64,000 nucleotides of DNA from Candidatus Yanofskybacteria bacterium (GCA_020852375.1 JADZAY010000009.1:12690-76689); one strand, 5' to 3'. Counted from the first letter of the stretch, positions 1 to 8,660 are shown. Notes: a model not told the origin generated them from the letters alone. Translations and numbers: made by a program.

Positions 1-297
1 GAACCGCTCACGAATTTCCCACGTCGCAGCACCAAGAAATGTTACAACGAGCACCGCAATGCTTGATTGCCACCACGCAACCGCGCCTCCGAGGAACACG
101 AGTCCCGCCATGAGCATGTAGTGACGCTGCCAGGCGCGTCCCTGCAGGGGATGATGCGCCTCCCACGAGATCGTGCGCGGCGCCACAAGACCAGCGAACA
201 CCGACGCGCTTCCCGATTCGGGAGCAGCGGTTTCCGCCCCAACCGCCTCGTCGTTGATGGTCTCCGGATTCTTGAGATCAAGCACGTTGCTCATGCG
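1..297 (-). CDS. hypothetical membrane protein, 5' part only (continues past window start)
   Basis: ATG at 295-297 on the minus strand. The frame stays open to position 1, so it is absent from the ORF track (no stop in window). Translation MSNVLDLKNPETINDEAVGAETAAPESGSASVFAGLVAPRTISWEAHHPLQGRAWQRHYMLMAGLVFLGGAVAWWQSSIAVLVVTFLGAATW contains one hydrophobic helix. Confidence 0.4.
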
Positions 298-331
298 GGT
301 AGTATACCATCATTTTTCTCCGCCTCGGCTC

Positions 332-583
332 CTACCGATGCGGGCAACCGGCCCAACAGCACGGCCGCCGCATGCCTTTGCGCATCTTATCGAGACCAAC
401 CGCAATGCGCCGCTCGCGCGTTTCCGACTGCTTCGCGGAAGTTACCCAACAGATCCACTCATTGCGGGCGAGCGGCGTGATATCCGCCCACACACTCCGA
501 GCTTTCGGGTCCGACTCGATCGCCGCGCGAAGGTCCGCCGGCGCCTTGTGAACCGCGTTGTCCCGGATGCGTCGCCTCATTGG
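332..583 (-). CDS. YdeI/OmpD-associated (OmdA, DUF1801-like) family protein
   Basis: C-terminal motif PADLRAAIESDPKARSVWADITPLARNEWICWVTSAKQSETRERRIAV is typical of the family. Start taken at the internal Met (MRRRIRD) to limit overlap with the upstream gene; the true start is uncertain. Confidence 0.45.
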   Translation of the reverse strand, partial: PMRRRIRDNAVHKAPADLRAAIESDPKARSVWADITPLARNEWICWVTSAKQSETRERRIAVGLDKMRKGMRRPCCWAGCPHR

Positions 584-1068
584 GTGAGCGCTCCCGCCAG
601 CTTTTCGAGGCACTGCTCCATGCCCATCTTGGACATCTCGGCCATCTGTCCAGGCGCCCAACCTTTTTCCGTCACCGTAAGCCTGGTCCTACCATCACCG
701 AGGTCTTTGAATGTTACGATATGAATTTGGTTCTCGGGAAAATCGGATGGCATACCGACCGACGCAGGGGAGATTGTGTTTCCATCTTTATCCGCCAAGT
801 TGTGAACGTACTCTATCCGCTCCAGAGGAACAACCCGAAGATATCGCCACGTACTGTATTGCTCCGGAAATCCTAATTTTGGTGACGCCATACTGACAAG
901 CGAAACACCACCCTCACGGACATCCATCACAGCGGTCGGACACTCAAAATTGTCCGGGCCCCACCACTGCCGCAGCGCGTCAGACTCTGTCCAGGCGCGC
1001 CACACCTTCGCAACGGGCGCGTCGAACGTGTGAGTGAATACAAGGTCTTGCGTTGGCGCGTTCGTCAT
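577..1068 (-). CDS. SRPBCC superfamily protein, AHSA1 (activator of Hsp90 ATPase) domain
   Basis: 163 aa; MTNAPTQDLVFTHTFDAPVAKVWRAWTESDALRQWWGP is a typical AHSA1/SRPBCC N-terminus. Confidence 0.7.
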   Translation of the reverse strand: MTNAPTQDLVFTHTFDAPVAKVWRAWTESDALRQWWGPDNFECPTAVMDVREGGVSLVSMASPKLGFPEQYSTWRYLRVVPLERIEYVHNLADKDGNTISPASVGMPSDFPENQIHIVTFKDLGDGRTRLTVTEKGWAPGQMAEMSKMGMEQCLEKLAGALTQ

Positions 1069-1301
1069 ATGGTTATGATGGTGATTTCACTCTCAATTTG
1101 GCGGGCAGGATTGCCGGAACTTTGAACCGGCAAAACGAATAAATTTCGGTTTAGTTGATAAAAGTATACAGAAATTAAGGAAGATTTACAGAGAAAAACC
1201 AGAATGGTTTGAAATTCCCGATTTTGCTCAAAAAGTCTACTGAATATCAAAATGTCTAACCGAAGTGAGAAAAATTCTCACTTCCATTGCACAAACTGCA
1301 T

Positions 1302-2186
1302 TTATGACCCCTCGTGAGGCCACTGGCCTCGAGCGACCATGTTAATGGAAGTAATATGGGCATCAGAAGTGAGAATACTTACAATTGCCTTTCCAACTGC
1401 CGAAGGGGGTGTACAAAAAAGGTTTGTTTTTGAGTAGTCATAGCCAAAATTCTTACCCATCATTGAAACTGTATTCTGAACCACCCTTGAGTCATACATA
1501 CCAGTATCTACAATCCCTGGTCTTACATCTGTAATAAAAATTTTATCTTTATCGAGTTCAATCATTGCCGCGTTGGTAAAACGGCTGATTGAGCCTTTGG
1601 CGGCCATGTGCATACTTCCAGAAACAACAGAACGGATCGCGCTCATTGAGGAAACGATGCAAACTCGAGTTTCTTTTTGTTTACGGAATCGCGGAAGTAA
1701 CAAGCGCAATAAACTTACGGTGTTTTTTAAAACTGAAAGTTCTGCTTCGATTAATTCTTCAGATAAATCATCGATGAGCAAATACGGATTGTCGTCTTTG
1801 AGTTGAACCGTTCCCGCGCCCAATCCGACTGACTGAACCCAATACAGTGGCAGGTCGTTTGGAATTGATTCAACTAATTTTTCCAGAGCCGATATATTAC
1901 CCAAATCAACAGCAGAATATTCTACTTTTGCTCCAGAAATTTTTTCTTCTATCCATTTCTTAACAATCTGCAATTTGCTTTCAGTGCGAGCTACGATATG
2001 AACAATGGCACCAGCTTTGGCGCATTCAAACGCTGTGGCGGCACCAATATTTGCCTTGTATTCTTTTCCATCAATATCAACTAAAGTGTGCGACGGTTCG
2101 CCGGTCGTTATGTCTTTAAAAACAAAATCGACCGGTTTTATTCCAACTCCTGTTATGAGAATTCTTTTGTTGTTTAGATTATTCAT
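1302..2186 (-). CDS. short-chain dehydrogenase/reductase (SDR) family oxidoreductase, atypical
   Basis: Rossmann motif IGAATAFECAKAGAIVHIVAR and a PG..DT motif (RPGIVDTGM). The catalytic YxxxK appears replaced by HMAAK. The gene is markedly AT-rich relative to its surroundings. Confidence 0.65.
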   Translation of the reverse strand: MNNLNNKRILITGVGIKPVDFVFKDITTGEPSHTLVDIDGKEYKANIGAATAFECAKAGAIVHIVARTESKLQIVKKWIEEKISGAKVEYSAVDLGNISALEKLVESIPNDLPLYWVQSVGLGAGTVQLKDDNPYLLIDDLSEELIEAELSVLKNTVSLLRLLLPRFRKQKETRVCIVSSMSAIRSVVSGSMHMAAKGSISRFTNAAMIELDKDKIFITDVRPGIVDTGMYDSRVVQNTVSMMGKNFGYDYSKTNLFCTPPSAVGKAIVSILTSDAHITSINMVARGQWPHEGS

Positions 2187-2289
2187 AACCTGGTTCGAAT
2201 CCCTTCGGGGTTAACCTCATTTTATCAAAATTCTTTTTCAAAAAGTAGCGTAAAATAAGGATTTTCTACTTCTCATTTTTCAAAATTAC

Positions 2290-2377
2290 TGGCGGAGGGG
2301 GTGGGATTCGAACCCACGATCCCTTACGGGATGCCGCATTTCAAGTGCGGTGGAATAAACCACTATCCGACCCCTCC
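2290..2377 (-). tRNA. tRNA-Ser (anticodon TGA), long variable arm, CCA encoded
   Basis: Cloverleaf read by eye on the minus strand: acceptor GGAGGGG/CCCCTCC, anticodon loop cTTGAaa read as UGA, long variable arm, 3' CCA present. Confidence 0.8.
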
Positions 2378-2383
2378 ATTCGC

Positions 2384-2755
2384 CTACGCTATCCGCTTCC
2401 TCAGCCAGCTTCTCTCTAGATAGTGTTCTTCATAATGACAGTTCGGGCAGATCAATGCCAGATTTGCGAGATCATTATTACTCCTATCTCTGTCTTTATG
2501 ATGCACTTGCAAGATCTCTGGCTTGTCGTATCCGCACCGCTCACAAGTGCGCCCTCGTTCTCGCAAAAGCCGCATCTTCAGGGCCTTGAGCGCCGTCACC
2601 TTATCTCTTGGCCTATTCAGTTTATACCGTATACCAGCTCGCTGCTTGTTCGCGCATCTCTTGCTACAGGTCTTCTTGTTATCCCCAGACAGAATGGAAG
2701 CACCGCATACGGGGCAGAGGATCTCCTTCCTGCAAGATATGCCGTAGCAAGTCAT
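2384..2755 (-). CDS. HNH endonuclease (zinc-ribbon N-terminus)
   Basis: C-terminal HNH motif CERCGYDKPEILQVHHKDRDRSNNDLANLALICPNCH. The ORF-track extension to 3025 runs through tRNA-Ser(CGA) and is rejected. Start set at Met 2755, but a non-ATG start up to about 2830 (adding a CLVC..C Zn motif) is possible. Confidence 0.7.
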   Translation of the reverse strand: MTCYGISCRKEILCPVCGASILSGDNKKTCSKRCANKQRAGIRYKLNRPRDKVTALKALKMRLLRERGRTCERCGYDKPEILQVHHKDRDRSNNDLANLALICPNCHYEEHYLERSWLRKRIA

Positions 2756-2935
2756 ACTACAGAACGCTCGTCCGCCAGCTCTCTGCAACTCGACCGGGCG
2801 ACGGTATATCGGCGCAGCGCACACAAGGCAAGCAGTATTCGGCTTTCTTTGATATGGCTCGACCACCCATCCACTATACCATTTCGGAGGAGAATTGCCA
2901 AAAAACCAAATAATGATATACTTTTCTCCGCACAC

Positions 2936-3022
2936 GGAGGCGTGGCAGAGTGGTCTAACGCGCCGCACTCGAAATGCGGTTGGGGAGAAATCCCCTCGGA
3001 GGTTCGAATCCTCCCGCCTCCG
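2936..3022 (+). tRNA. tRNA-Ser (anticodon CGA), long variable arm
   Basis: Acceptor GGAGGCG/CGCCTCC, anticodon loop ctCGAaa, long variable arm, T-arm GGAGGttcgaatCCTCC. Confidence 0.85.
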
Positions 3023-3024
3023 CA

Positions 3025-3192
3025 AATGATCTTCGGAATGCCGTTTGGCATTGTGAAGATCATCCGCAAGAGATGTGGGGGATTCGAAGGGCGGACCGCT
3101 GCGACATCAGCTGATGTCGCCGGGAGCCCGTGCCCAGGCCGAGGCGAGCGACGGCGAGCCGAGAGCCGAGGGAGAATCCTCCCGCCTCCGCA
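3025..3192 (+). repeat. tRNA-3'-linked structured repeat (hairpin + GC-rich core + 19-bp copy of tRNA-Ser 3' end)
   Basis: Hairpin 3029-3062; core GGGGGATTCGAAGGGCGG..CGACATCAGCTGATGTCGCC..GGCCGAGGCGAGCGACGGCGAGCCGAGAG. GAATCCTCCCGCCTCCGCA at 3174-3192 is an exact copy of tRNA 3006-3024. Confidence 0.6.
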
Positions 3193-3210
3193 GTCAGATA
3201 AGGAGGTTCC

Positions 3211-3402
3211 GTGGCGACATTGCTGTTGGACGACATGGACGACGACACGCGCCGCTTGCTCACCGAGCGAAGGCGGTACTCGTGCGGCCACTGCCAGAGC
3301 CGCTGGGAAACGCCTGCGTTCCAAAGCTCGACGGAGTGCCCGTCGTGCGGCGGACACTGGATCATCTTCGAGACCGTGCCGGACACTCAATGGGACCCGT
3401 AA
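3211..3402 (+). CDS. small zinc-ribbon protein (63 aa), hypothetical
   Basis: GTG start 4 nt after AGGAGG (3201-3206). CxxC..CxxC (CGHCQSRW...CPSCGGHW). Stop lies inside a strong terminator hairpin. Confidence 0.4.
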   Translation: MATLLLDDMDDDTRRLLTERRRYSCGHCQSRWETPAFQSSTECPSCGGHWIIFETVPDTQWDP

Positions 3403-3416
3403 GGGTCCCGTTTTTC
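3392..3416. terminator. Rho-independent terminator (bidirectional)
   Basis: GGGACCC-gtaa-GGGTCCC followed by GTTTTT. Lies between the convergent small ORF and the LOG gene. Confidence 0.6.
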
Positions 3417-3425
3417 TATTCACTA

Positions 3426-4154
3426 TTAGTAGTAGATCTCCTTGCGAGGAGGCGATGCTTTGATGATATCGAACGCCTCCTGCGCAGTGTCGACGAGATG
3501 GTAAAGTTGCATATCTTCTTTGTCGATCGCCCGGTACCGCTCGTACACCATGTCGTTGATGTAGGAAAGCAGGGGAGTCCAGAACTCTTTGCCGATCAGG
3601 ATGAGCGGCACGGTATCGCGGTCGACTTTCTTGGTCTGAACCAATGTGACCAGCTCGAAGAACTCGTCGAGCGTTCCGAATCCGCCGGGGAAGAACACAT
3701 ACGCCTGCGCAGTGTAGAAGAGCATGACCTTCCGGACAAAGAAATAATAGAAGGGCTGCTTCTTGGTAAGATACGGGTTCTCGCGCTGCTCGAACGGGAG
3801 CTTGATGTTGATGCCGATGCTCTCCCCACCGGCCTCGAACGCGCCGCGGTTACCACCCTCCATGATGCCCGGCCCGCCGCCGGTCACAACACCGATCTTC
3901 GCTTTCGCGAGCAAGACGCCCAGCTCCCGCGCGACTTGATACCACTTATTCGTCTCCTCGAATCGAGCGGAGCCCAGAATGGAAACGGTGTTCTTGTAAT
4001 CGGTGACGAACTGCCATCCGTCGACGAACTCCGCCATGATGCGAAAGACGCGCCAGTGGAAGCTGGAACGAAAGTCGAGCGGCATGTCCTGCGCCTGCTC
4101 CCATGGCAGCTTCGACGCCGGAACATTGAGCGAGCCTTTTGGATCGTCTCCCAT
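3426..4154 (-). CDS. LOG family protein (cytokinin riboside 5'-monophosphate phosphoribohydrolase / lysine decarboxylase-like)
   Basis: Motifs GVVTGGGPGIMEGGNRGA and PGGFGTLDEFFE. Start at internal Met (MGDDPKG), because the upstream extension lacks homology. Confidence 0.85.
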   Translation of the reverse strand: MGDDPKGSLNVPASKLPWEQAQDMPLDFRSSFHWRVFRIMAEFVDGWQFVTDYKNTVSILGSARFEETNKWYQVARELGVLLAKAKIGVVTGGGPGIMEGGNRGAFEAGGESIGINIKLPFEQRENPYLTKKQPFYYFFVRKVMLFYTAQAYVFFPGGFGTLDEFFELVTLVQTKKVDRDTVPLILIGKEFWTPLLSYINDMVYERYRAIDKEDMQLYHLVDTAQEAFDIIKASPPRKEIYY

Positions 4155-4243
4155 TGCGAATAGTATACCACACGCGCGACCAGTGACGGAGAATTTGGAA
4201 AACAAAAAGCTCCGCGACGGCCGCGGAGCAGGGAGTTGGAAGC

Positions 4244-5245
4244 TTAGGGGCGCTGACGGGAAAGAACGTGCGCGTGAATATCTTTGACGAACCCGTCGCC
4301 GTTGAAGCACATCGTGGGAGGGACACTGTATCGCGCCCACAGGTGGAGAAAATTGTTGTGCGCACACGCACAAAGGTAGTCGAACTCCCATGCGAGCATG
4401 ATCGCGGGATTGTACTGCCCGCTTTCGATGTCCATCCCGCGAGGAAACCAGCGGGGTATACGCCCGAGACGGACGTACACGAGACCGTCGTGATGGCGAA
4501 GCCCACCAACCACAGTTCCGGGAATGAACTCGTTCCAGTGCCTGCCGTTCACTTCGCAAGCCGCGTAGAACACGACCTTATTGCCGACGCGGAACCAGTC
4601 GTGCGGACGACGCGCCGGGAACACCGGCTTCTTCTCGGCCTGCGTACAGAGCGGTAGGAGCACCCGGATCTTCTGGTCAACGACACGCTTCGCTCCGACC
4701 GACCGCGCGCGAGCCGCCACGAGTCCGGAACGGATCTCGCCCATAAGCGCCCCGGACGCATTCGGGAGAAAACACCTCGAATCGAAGAGGTGCTCCTCGG
4801 GGCTGACGCCGGAGACCTTCTGAAATTCGCACGCTCCGCTGATAGTGTAGTTGAAGCGCTGGCGATCGCCGGTGGTATGCTCACACCAACCGCAGACATT
4901 GAAGGTGGTCGCCCCAGCAGACCGCGCCCGCGACAGGCCGTCCATCGGTTCGATGGGGCCGTCGTGCCCATTCTCCACATACCGCCCGCGGAGTGGGAAG
5001 TGGGGATCCACGAAGCGCCGCGCCAGAGCGCGGAAATCGCTCGCCGTCTTTCCGTGCAACGCCTTCAAGAGCTTGTCCGCCCGCTTGATATCCTCCGCAT
5101 GCTCCTTGGCGCGATGTCGCCAGAAGCGGACCATCTGACGGATGTTTGCCTGCCCGGTGAACAGGACGTCGTGCATGGTCAGACAGGGGAGACGCCAGTC
5201 GTCGGGAATAAGCGCCCGGACTTCGGCATTGGTAAGGTGCTCCAT
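4244..5245 (-). CDS. hypothetical protein (333 aa)
   Basis: Long ORF. AGGAGG 6 nt upstream of ATG at 5245 (MEHLTNAEV...). No family recognised. Confidence 0.6.
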   Translation of the reverse strand: MEHLTNAEVRALIPDDWRLPCLTMHDVLFTGQANIRQMVRFWRHRAKEHAEDIKRADKLLKALHGKTASDFRALARRFVDPHFPLRGRYVENGHDGPIEPMDGLSRARSAGATTFNVCGWCEHTTGDRQRFNYTISGACEFQKVSGVSPEEHLFDSRCFLPNASGALMGEIRSGLVAARARSVGAKRVVDQKIRVLLPLCTQAEKKPVFPARRPHDWFRVGNKVVFYAACEVNGRHWNEFIPGTVVGGLRHHDGLVYVRLGRIPRWFPRGMDIESGQYNPAIMLAWEFDYLCACAHNNFLHLWARYSVPPTMCFNGDGFVKDIHAHVLSRQRP

Positions 5246-5383
5246 GGGATCCTCCTGCGCGGTGCGCCCTATCACAGAGCGGAGATCCGCGCCGACCCTC
5301 GTGGCACGCATGATCGCATGCCGTCGCAACCTTACAAGTAGCCATTGTAGACGTCAACGCACCCGCCACTCGGGCGGGTGCGT

Positions 5384-5557
5384 GCTCTGTGGACCTACGG
5401 GGAGTCGGCCTCGCCTCTCGGCGCGCCGCCGCGCACCTCGGGCTGGCCACCGCCTCACGGTGCCGCCGACTGGCGGCACATCGCTCCGGCGTTCGTCTCC
5501 CCGTATATATTCGCTGTAGCAATACGGACAACCCTTGAGGGTTGTCCGTATTGCTCT
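5384..5557 (-). repeat. tRNA-3'-linked structured repeat (24-bp copy of tRNA-Ala 3' end + core + hairpin)
   Basis: GCTCTGTGGACCTACGGGGAGTCG at 5384-5407 duplicates 5553-5576. Minus-strand core ACGGGGAGACGAACGCCGGAGCGATGTGCCGCC..GAGGCGGTGGCCAGCCCGAGGTGCGCGGCGGCGCGCCGAGAGGCGAGGCC. Hairpin 5519-5554. Confidence 0.6.
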
Positions 5558-5558
5558 G

Positions 5559-5629
5559 TGGACCTACGGGGAGTCGAACCCCGACTTCATCCATGCCATG
5601 GATGCGTGATACCGCTTCACTATAGGCCC
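5559..5629 (-). tRNA. tRNA-Ala (anticodon GGC)
   Basis: G3:U70 in the acceptor (GGGCCTA/TAGGTCC). Anticodon loop atGGCat. Confidence 0.85.
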
Positions 5630-5753
5630 AAATGAGGACGGGTGGGATGCGGTCGGCATCACAGTCCGTCGGAACGACAGGCCTCTATGTAATCATATAG
5701 GCCCAAGGCGCCTGGAAAAATAGCACGAAAATGGTAGTATCGCAAGGTATTCC

Positions 5754-5825
5754 GCCCCCGTAGCTCAACGGATAGAGCAGACCCGTCCTAAGGGTACGAT
5801 GGAGGTTCGATTCCTTCCGGGGGCA
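5754..5825 (+). tRNA. tRNA-Arg (anticodon CCT)
   Basis: Acceptor GCCCCCG/CGGGGGC. Anticodon loop gtCCTaa; the first anticodon-stem pair is mismatched. Confidence 0.75.
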
Positions 5826-5839
5826 CACTACAACCATTC

Positions 5840-7273
5840 ATGGAGATCCATCCGAAGGTACGAGAGGTGCTCACAACTCTTGAGGAGCACAGCCATCGCG
5901 CGTATGCGGTGGGCGGTTGCGTGCGCGACATCATGATGGGGCGCACGCCGACCGACTGGGATATCACGACCAGCGCCACACCCGAACAGATCCAAGAGCT
6001 CTTCCCGGACAACTTCTACGACAACGCGTTCGGAACGGTCACCGTCAAAACCCGCGATGAGGATCCGCTCGTTCGCACGATCCAGATCACCCCATTCCGC
6101 ATCGAGGGGAAGTATAGCGATCAGCGCCACCCTGATGAGATCCGCTTCGCAAAAACGATCGAGGAAGACCTGTCGCGCCGCGACTTCACCGTGAACGCGA
6201 TGGCGCTGTCAGCAGACGGCACGCTTGTCGATCCGTATGACGGCCGCGCCGATCTTGCCGCCAAGGTCATCCGCGCGGTAGGGGATGCCGACGCTCGTAT
6301 CACCGAGGACGCACTCCGCATGATGCGCGCGGTACGCTTTGCAGCAACACTCGACTTCAGCATCCACGAAGCAACCCTCAAGGCCCTGACCCGTCACGCC
6401 GCGCTTCTGGAGCGCATCTCGGCGGAGCGGATACGCGATGAGCTCACGAAGATCATCAATTCGGCGCGGGCGATGGAGGGTATCCAACTCCTCGACGACA
6501 CCGGCCTTTTACGATTCATTATCCCCGAACTCCGCGAAGGGGTCGGCGTCGAGCAGAATCTCCACCACATCTACACTGTGTGGGAGCACAACCTGCGCAC
6601 CATGCACTATGCCGCCCAGAAGGGATACTCGTTCCCGGTCCGTATGGCGTGCCTCTTGCACGATGTCGGGAAGCCACGCACCAAGCGCGGACAAGGGCGC
6701 CACTGCACATTCTATGCCCACGATGCCGTGGGGGCGACCATGGCGAAAAAGATCATGGAACGTCTGCGCTACCCCGGGGAAGTCGTCGACGCCGTCGTAC
6801 GCCTGGTGCGCTACCACATGTTCTACTACAGCGTAGGGGAGGTTACCGAATCGTCCGTCCGCCGCCTTATCGCGAATGTCGGGCTCGAACACATCGACGA
6901 TCTCCTCCGCCTCCGCGAGGGCGACCGCATCGGCTCTGGGACTCCGAAGGCTGTGCCATACAAGCTTCGCCACCTAAAATACATGATCGACAAGGTCAGC
7001 CATGATCCGATCTCGGTAAAGATGCTCAAAGTGAACGGCGAGGACATTATGCAATCGCTGGGCATCCCTCCCGGTCCGAAGATTGGTCTCATCCTCAACA
7101 CGCTCCTGGCAGAGGCGCTCGATGATCCGAACATCAACACGCGCGAGCTCCTGCTCAAGCGCGCCGAGGGACTGAACACCTCCTCCGCGGCCGACCTCAA
7201 GAGCTCCCTCGAGCGGATCGAGCGGGCCCGCGACGCCGAAGAGAAGGAGCGTATGAAGAAGTACTACGTGTAG
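5840..7273 (+). CDS. cca: CCA-adding enzyme (tRNA nucleotidyltransferase, HD domain)
   Basis: GGCVRD..TPTDWDITT polymerase-beta head plus HD motif LLHDVGK; 477 aa. Most tRNAs in the window lack encoded CCA. Confidence 0.9.
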   Translation: MEIHPKVREVLTTLEEHSHRAYAVGGCVRDIMMGRTPTDWDITTSATPEQIQELFPDNFYDNAFGTVTVKTRDEDPLVRTIQITPFRIEGKYSDQRHPDEIRFAKTIEEDLSRRDFTVNAMALSADGTLVDPYDGRADLAAKVIRAVGDADARITEDALRMMRAVRFAATLDFSIHEATLKALTRHAALLERISAERIRDELTKIINSARAMEGIQLLDDTGLLRFIIPELREGVGVEQNLHHIYTVWEHNLRTMHYAAQKGYSFPVRMACLLHDVGKPRTKRGQGRHCTFYAHDAVGATMAKKIMERLRYPGEVVDAVVRLVRYHMFYYSVGEVTESSVRRLIANVGLEHIDDLLRLREGDRIGSGTPKAVPYKLRHLKYMIDKVSHDPISVKMLKVNGEDIMQSLGIPPGPKIGLILNTLLAEALDDPNINTRELLLKRAEGLNTSSAADLKSSLERIERARDAEEKERMKKYYV

Positions 7274-7354
7274 GTCGACAGAACAACGGAATCGTGCTAC
7301 AGTCTCCGGGCGTCGCGGGCTCTTATGTGTGCCTGCCCGTATGAGGCGTAGCGT

Positions 7355-7425
7355 CGGGCTGTAGTATACCGGTAGTACGCATGATTCGGGTTCATGAAGA
7401 CTGGGTTCGATTCCCAGCAGCCCGA
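7355..7425 (+). tRNA. tRNA-Pro (anticodon CGG)
   Basis: C1:G72 acceptor (CGGGCTG/CAGCCCG), typical of bacterial tRNA-Pro. Anticodon loop ttCGGgt. Confidence 0.85.
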
Positions 7426-7439
7426 CAGTGCGCCTCATC

Positions 7440-7483
7440 CAAACAACAAAACAGCACCCGGATAGGGTGCTGTTTTGTTGTTG
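7440..7483. terminator. hairpin terminator (bidirectional)
   Basis: AACAACAAAACAGCACCC-ggatag-GGTGCTGTTTTGTTGTT. Confidence 0.5.
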
Positions 7484-8080
7484 TTAGTAGAACCTTTGTG
7501 CTTGGGCCTCTTCCTCACCAAGATCACGCTCGATCCGCTGGGCTTCCCGAAGCTCCTCATCGTCGTTCGAATCGCTTTTGCGACTCCGACCGATCAGGGC
7601 CTCTTGTTCGTCGCCATCGTCCGTTGCATCATCGATCTCGACGTCTTCGTCGTCGGGTATCTGATCGTCGTCGGCTTCCTCGATCTCCTCGTGCGATTTC
7701 TCCTGCTCGAACTCTTCAAACGCATCGTCCGGTGCGCCATCTTCATCGTTCAGCTGACGCTCGATCTGACGCATCTGCACGTCGAGCCACTCGTCATCAT
7801 CGCGGGTAAATGCGGCCTCGATCCGATCGTTCACCTGCAAGCGGAAACCATAGAGCGCGTCGTCCGGGCGCGCCGAGTTCGCGGAAACCGTCACGCCGCC
7901 AAATGCCACGATTGCCACAACAGCAAAGGTCGCGGTAGCGTGCCGCATGAACCACAGGCGCGAAGGGCTCGCATGCGTGGCCGCCAGCGCGCGAATCACG
8001 CCGCCCATCCGCTCCTGCTCCGCATCATTCATCCGAATGCGGGAGAGTTCGTGTATAAATTGTTCGGAATGGTCGTTCAT
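7484..8080 (-). CDS. putative anti-sigma factor (single TM helix, acidic C-terminal domain)
   Basis: Overlaps the ECF sigma gene by 4 bp. One TM helix (ATATFAVVAIVAFGGVTV) followed by a D/E-rich tail. Function inferred from context only. Confidence 0.4.
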   Translation of the reverse strand: MNDHSEQFIHELSRIRMNDAEQERMGGVIRALAATHASPSRLWFMRHATATFAVVAIVAFGGVTVSANSARPDDALYGFRLQVNDRIEAAFTRDDDEWLDVQMRQIERQLNDEDGAPDDAFEEFEQEKSHEEIEEADDDQIPDDEDVEIDDATDDGDEQEALIGRSRKSDSNDDEELREAQRIERDLGEEEAQAQRFY

Positions 8081-8574
8081 ATCTGCATTAATTCTCGCAA
8101 CTTCTGCATACCTCTCGTAATGCGTACGGAAATGACGTTCTCGCTTTCTCCGATGATCTCCGCGATCTCCCGTGGCATCAGATCGTTCACATATCGAAGG
8201 GCAACCGCTTCTCGGTATGGCTCCTCGATACGAGCAATACAGCGAATGGCCCTGTTCGCCTCCGCGGACAGAAGGGGATCAAGGAGCGAATCGTCCCGCA
8301 CATCGAATCCAATCTCCCGGAGCGCTTCGAGCGAATCGGCGCCAGGCTTCCGCGACAGGTCGATACAGGCGTTGCGGGCTGTTCGATACAAAAATGGCTT
8401 CATATCCCGCACCGTCGTACCGCTCAGAAGCGCGCGCCAGGTCCGGGTAAACGCCTCCTGGGTCATATCAAGCGCTCGGTCGCGGTCGCCCGTATGGGCA
8501 TAGCAAAACCGGAAGATCGCATCTCCAAGCTCCCGATATGCCTCTGTCAGCTGCCGTTCTGGCGAGCGCACCAT
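8077..8574 (-). CDS. RNA polymerase sigma-70 family ECF sigma factor
   Basis: Region 2 (YRELGDAIFRFCYAHTGDRDRALDMTQEAF) and region 4 (VALRYVNDLMPREIAEIIGESENVISVRITRGMQKL). Start may be Met 8613 or 8574. Confidence 0.8.
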   Translation of the reverse strand: MVRSPERQLTEAYRELGDAIFRFCYAHTGDRDRALDMTQEAFTRTWRALLSGTTVRDMKPFLYRTARNACIDLSRKPGADSLEALREIGFDVRDDSLLDPLLSAEANRAIRCIARIEEPYREAVALRYVNDLMPREIAEIIGESENVISVRITRGMQKLRELMQI

Positions 8575-8611
8575 AGTATATGACGAACGATATCGTTGAC
8601 TCTTACTGAAC

Positions 8612-8648
8612 ACAACACCGAACGGCGTGACCCGCCGTTCGGTGTTGT
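8612..8648. terminator. hairpin terminator
   Basis: ACAACACCGAACGGCG-tgaccc-GCCGTTCGGTGTTGT, downstream of the minus-strand gene ending at 8661. Confidence 0.5.
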
Positions 8649-8660
8649 AGGGGCTCCGAC

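Noticed and set aside
2756-3025. ORF-track version of the HNH gene extending through tRNA-Ser(CGA)
   Set aside because: The upstream part overlaps the tRNA. Only the region from about 2830 or 2755 downward is plausibly coding.
3075-4163. 362-aa plus-strand ORF antisense to the LOG gene
   Set aside because: Typical high-GC antisense ORF. Low-complexity Arg/Ala/Gly-rich translation. The opposite strand has a clear LOG family match.
5630-5753. Additional tRNA or pseudo-tRNA between tRNA-Ala and tRNA-Arg
   Set aside because: Only an 11-13-bp match to the tRNA-Ala 5' end plus a short hairpin. No cloverleaf can be drawn.
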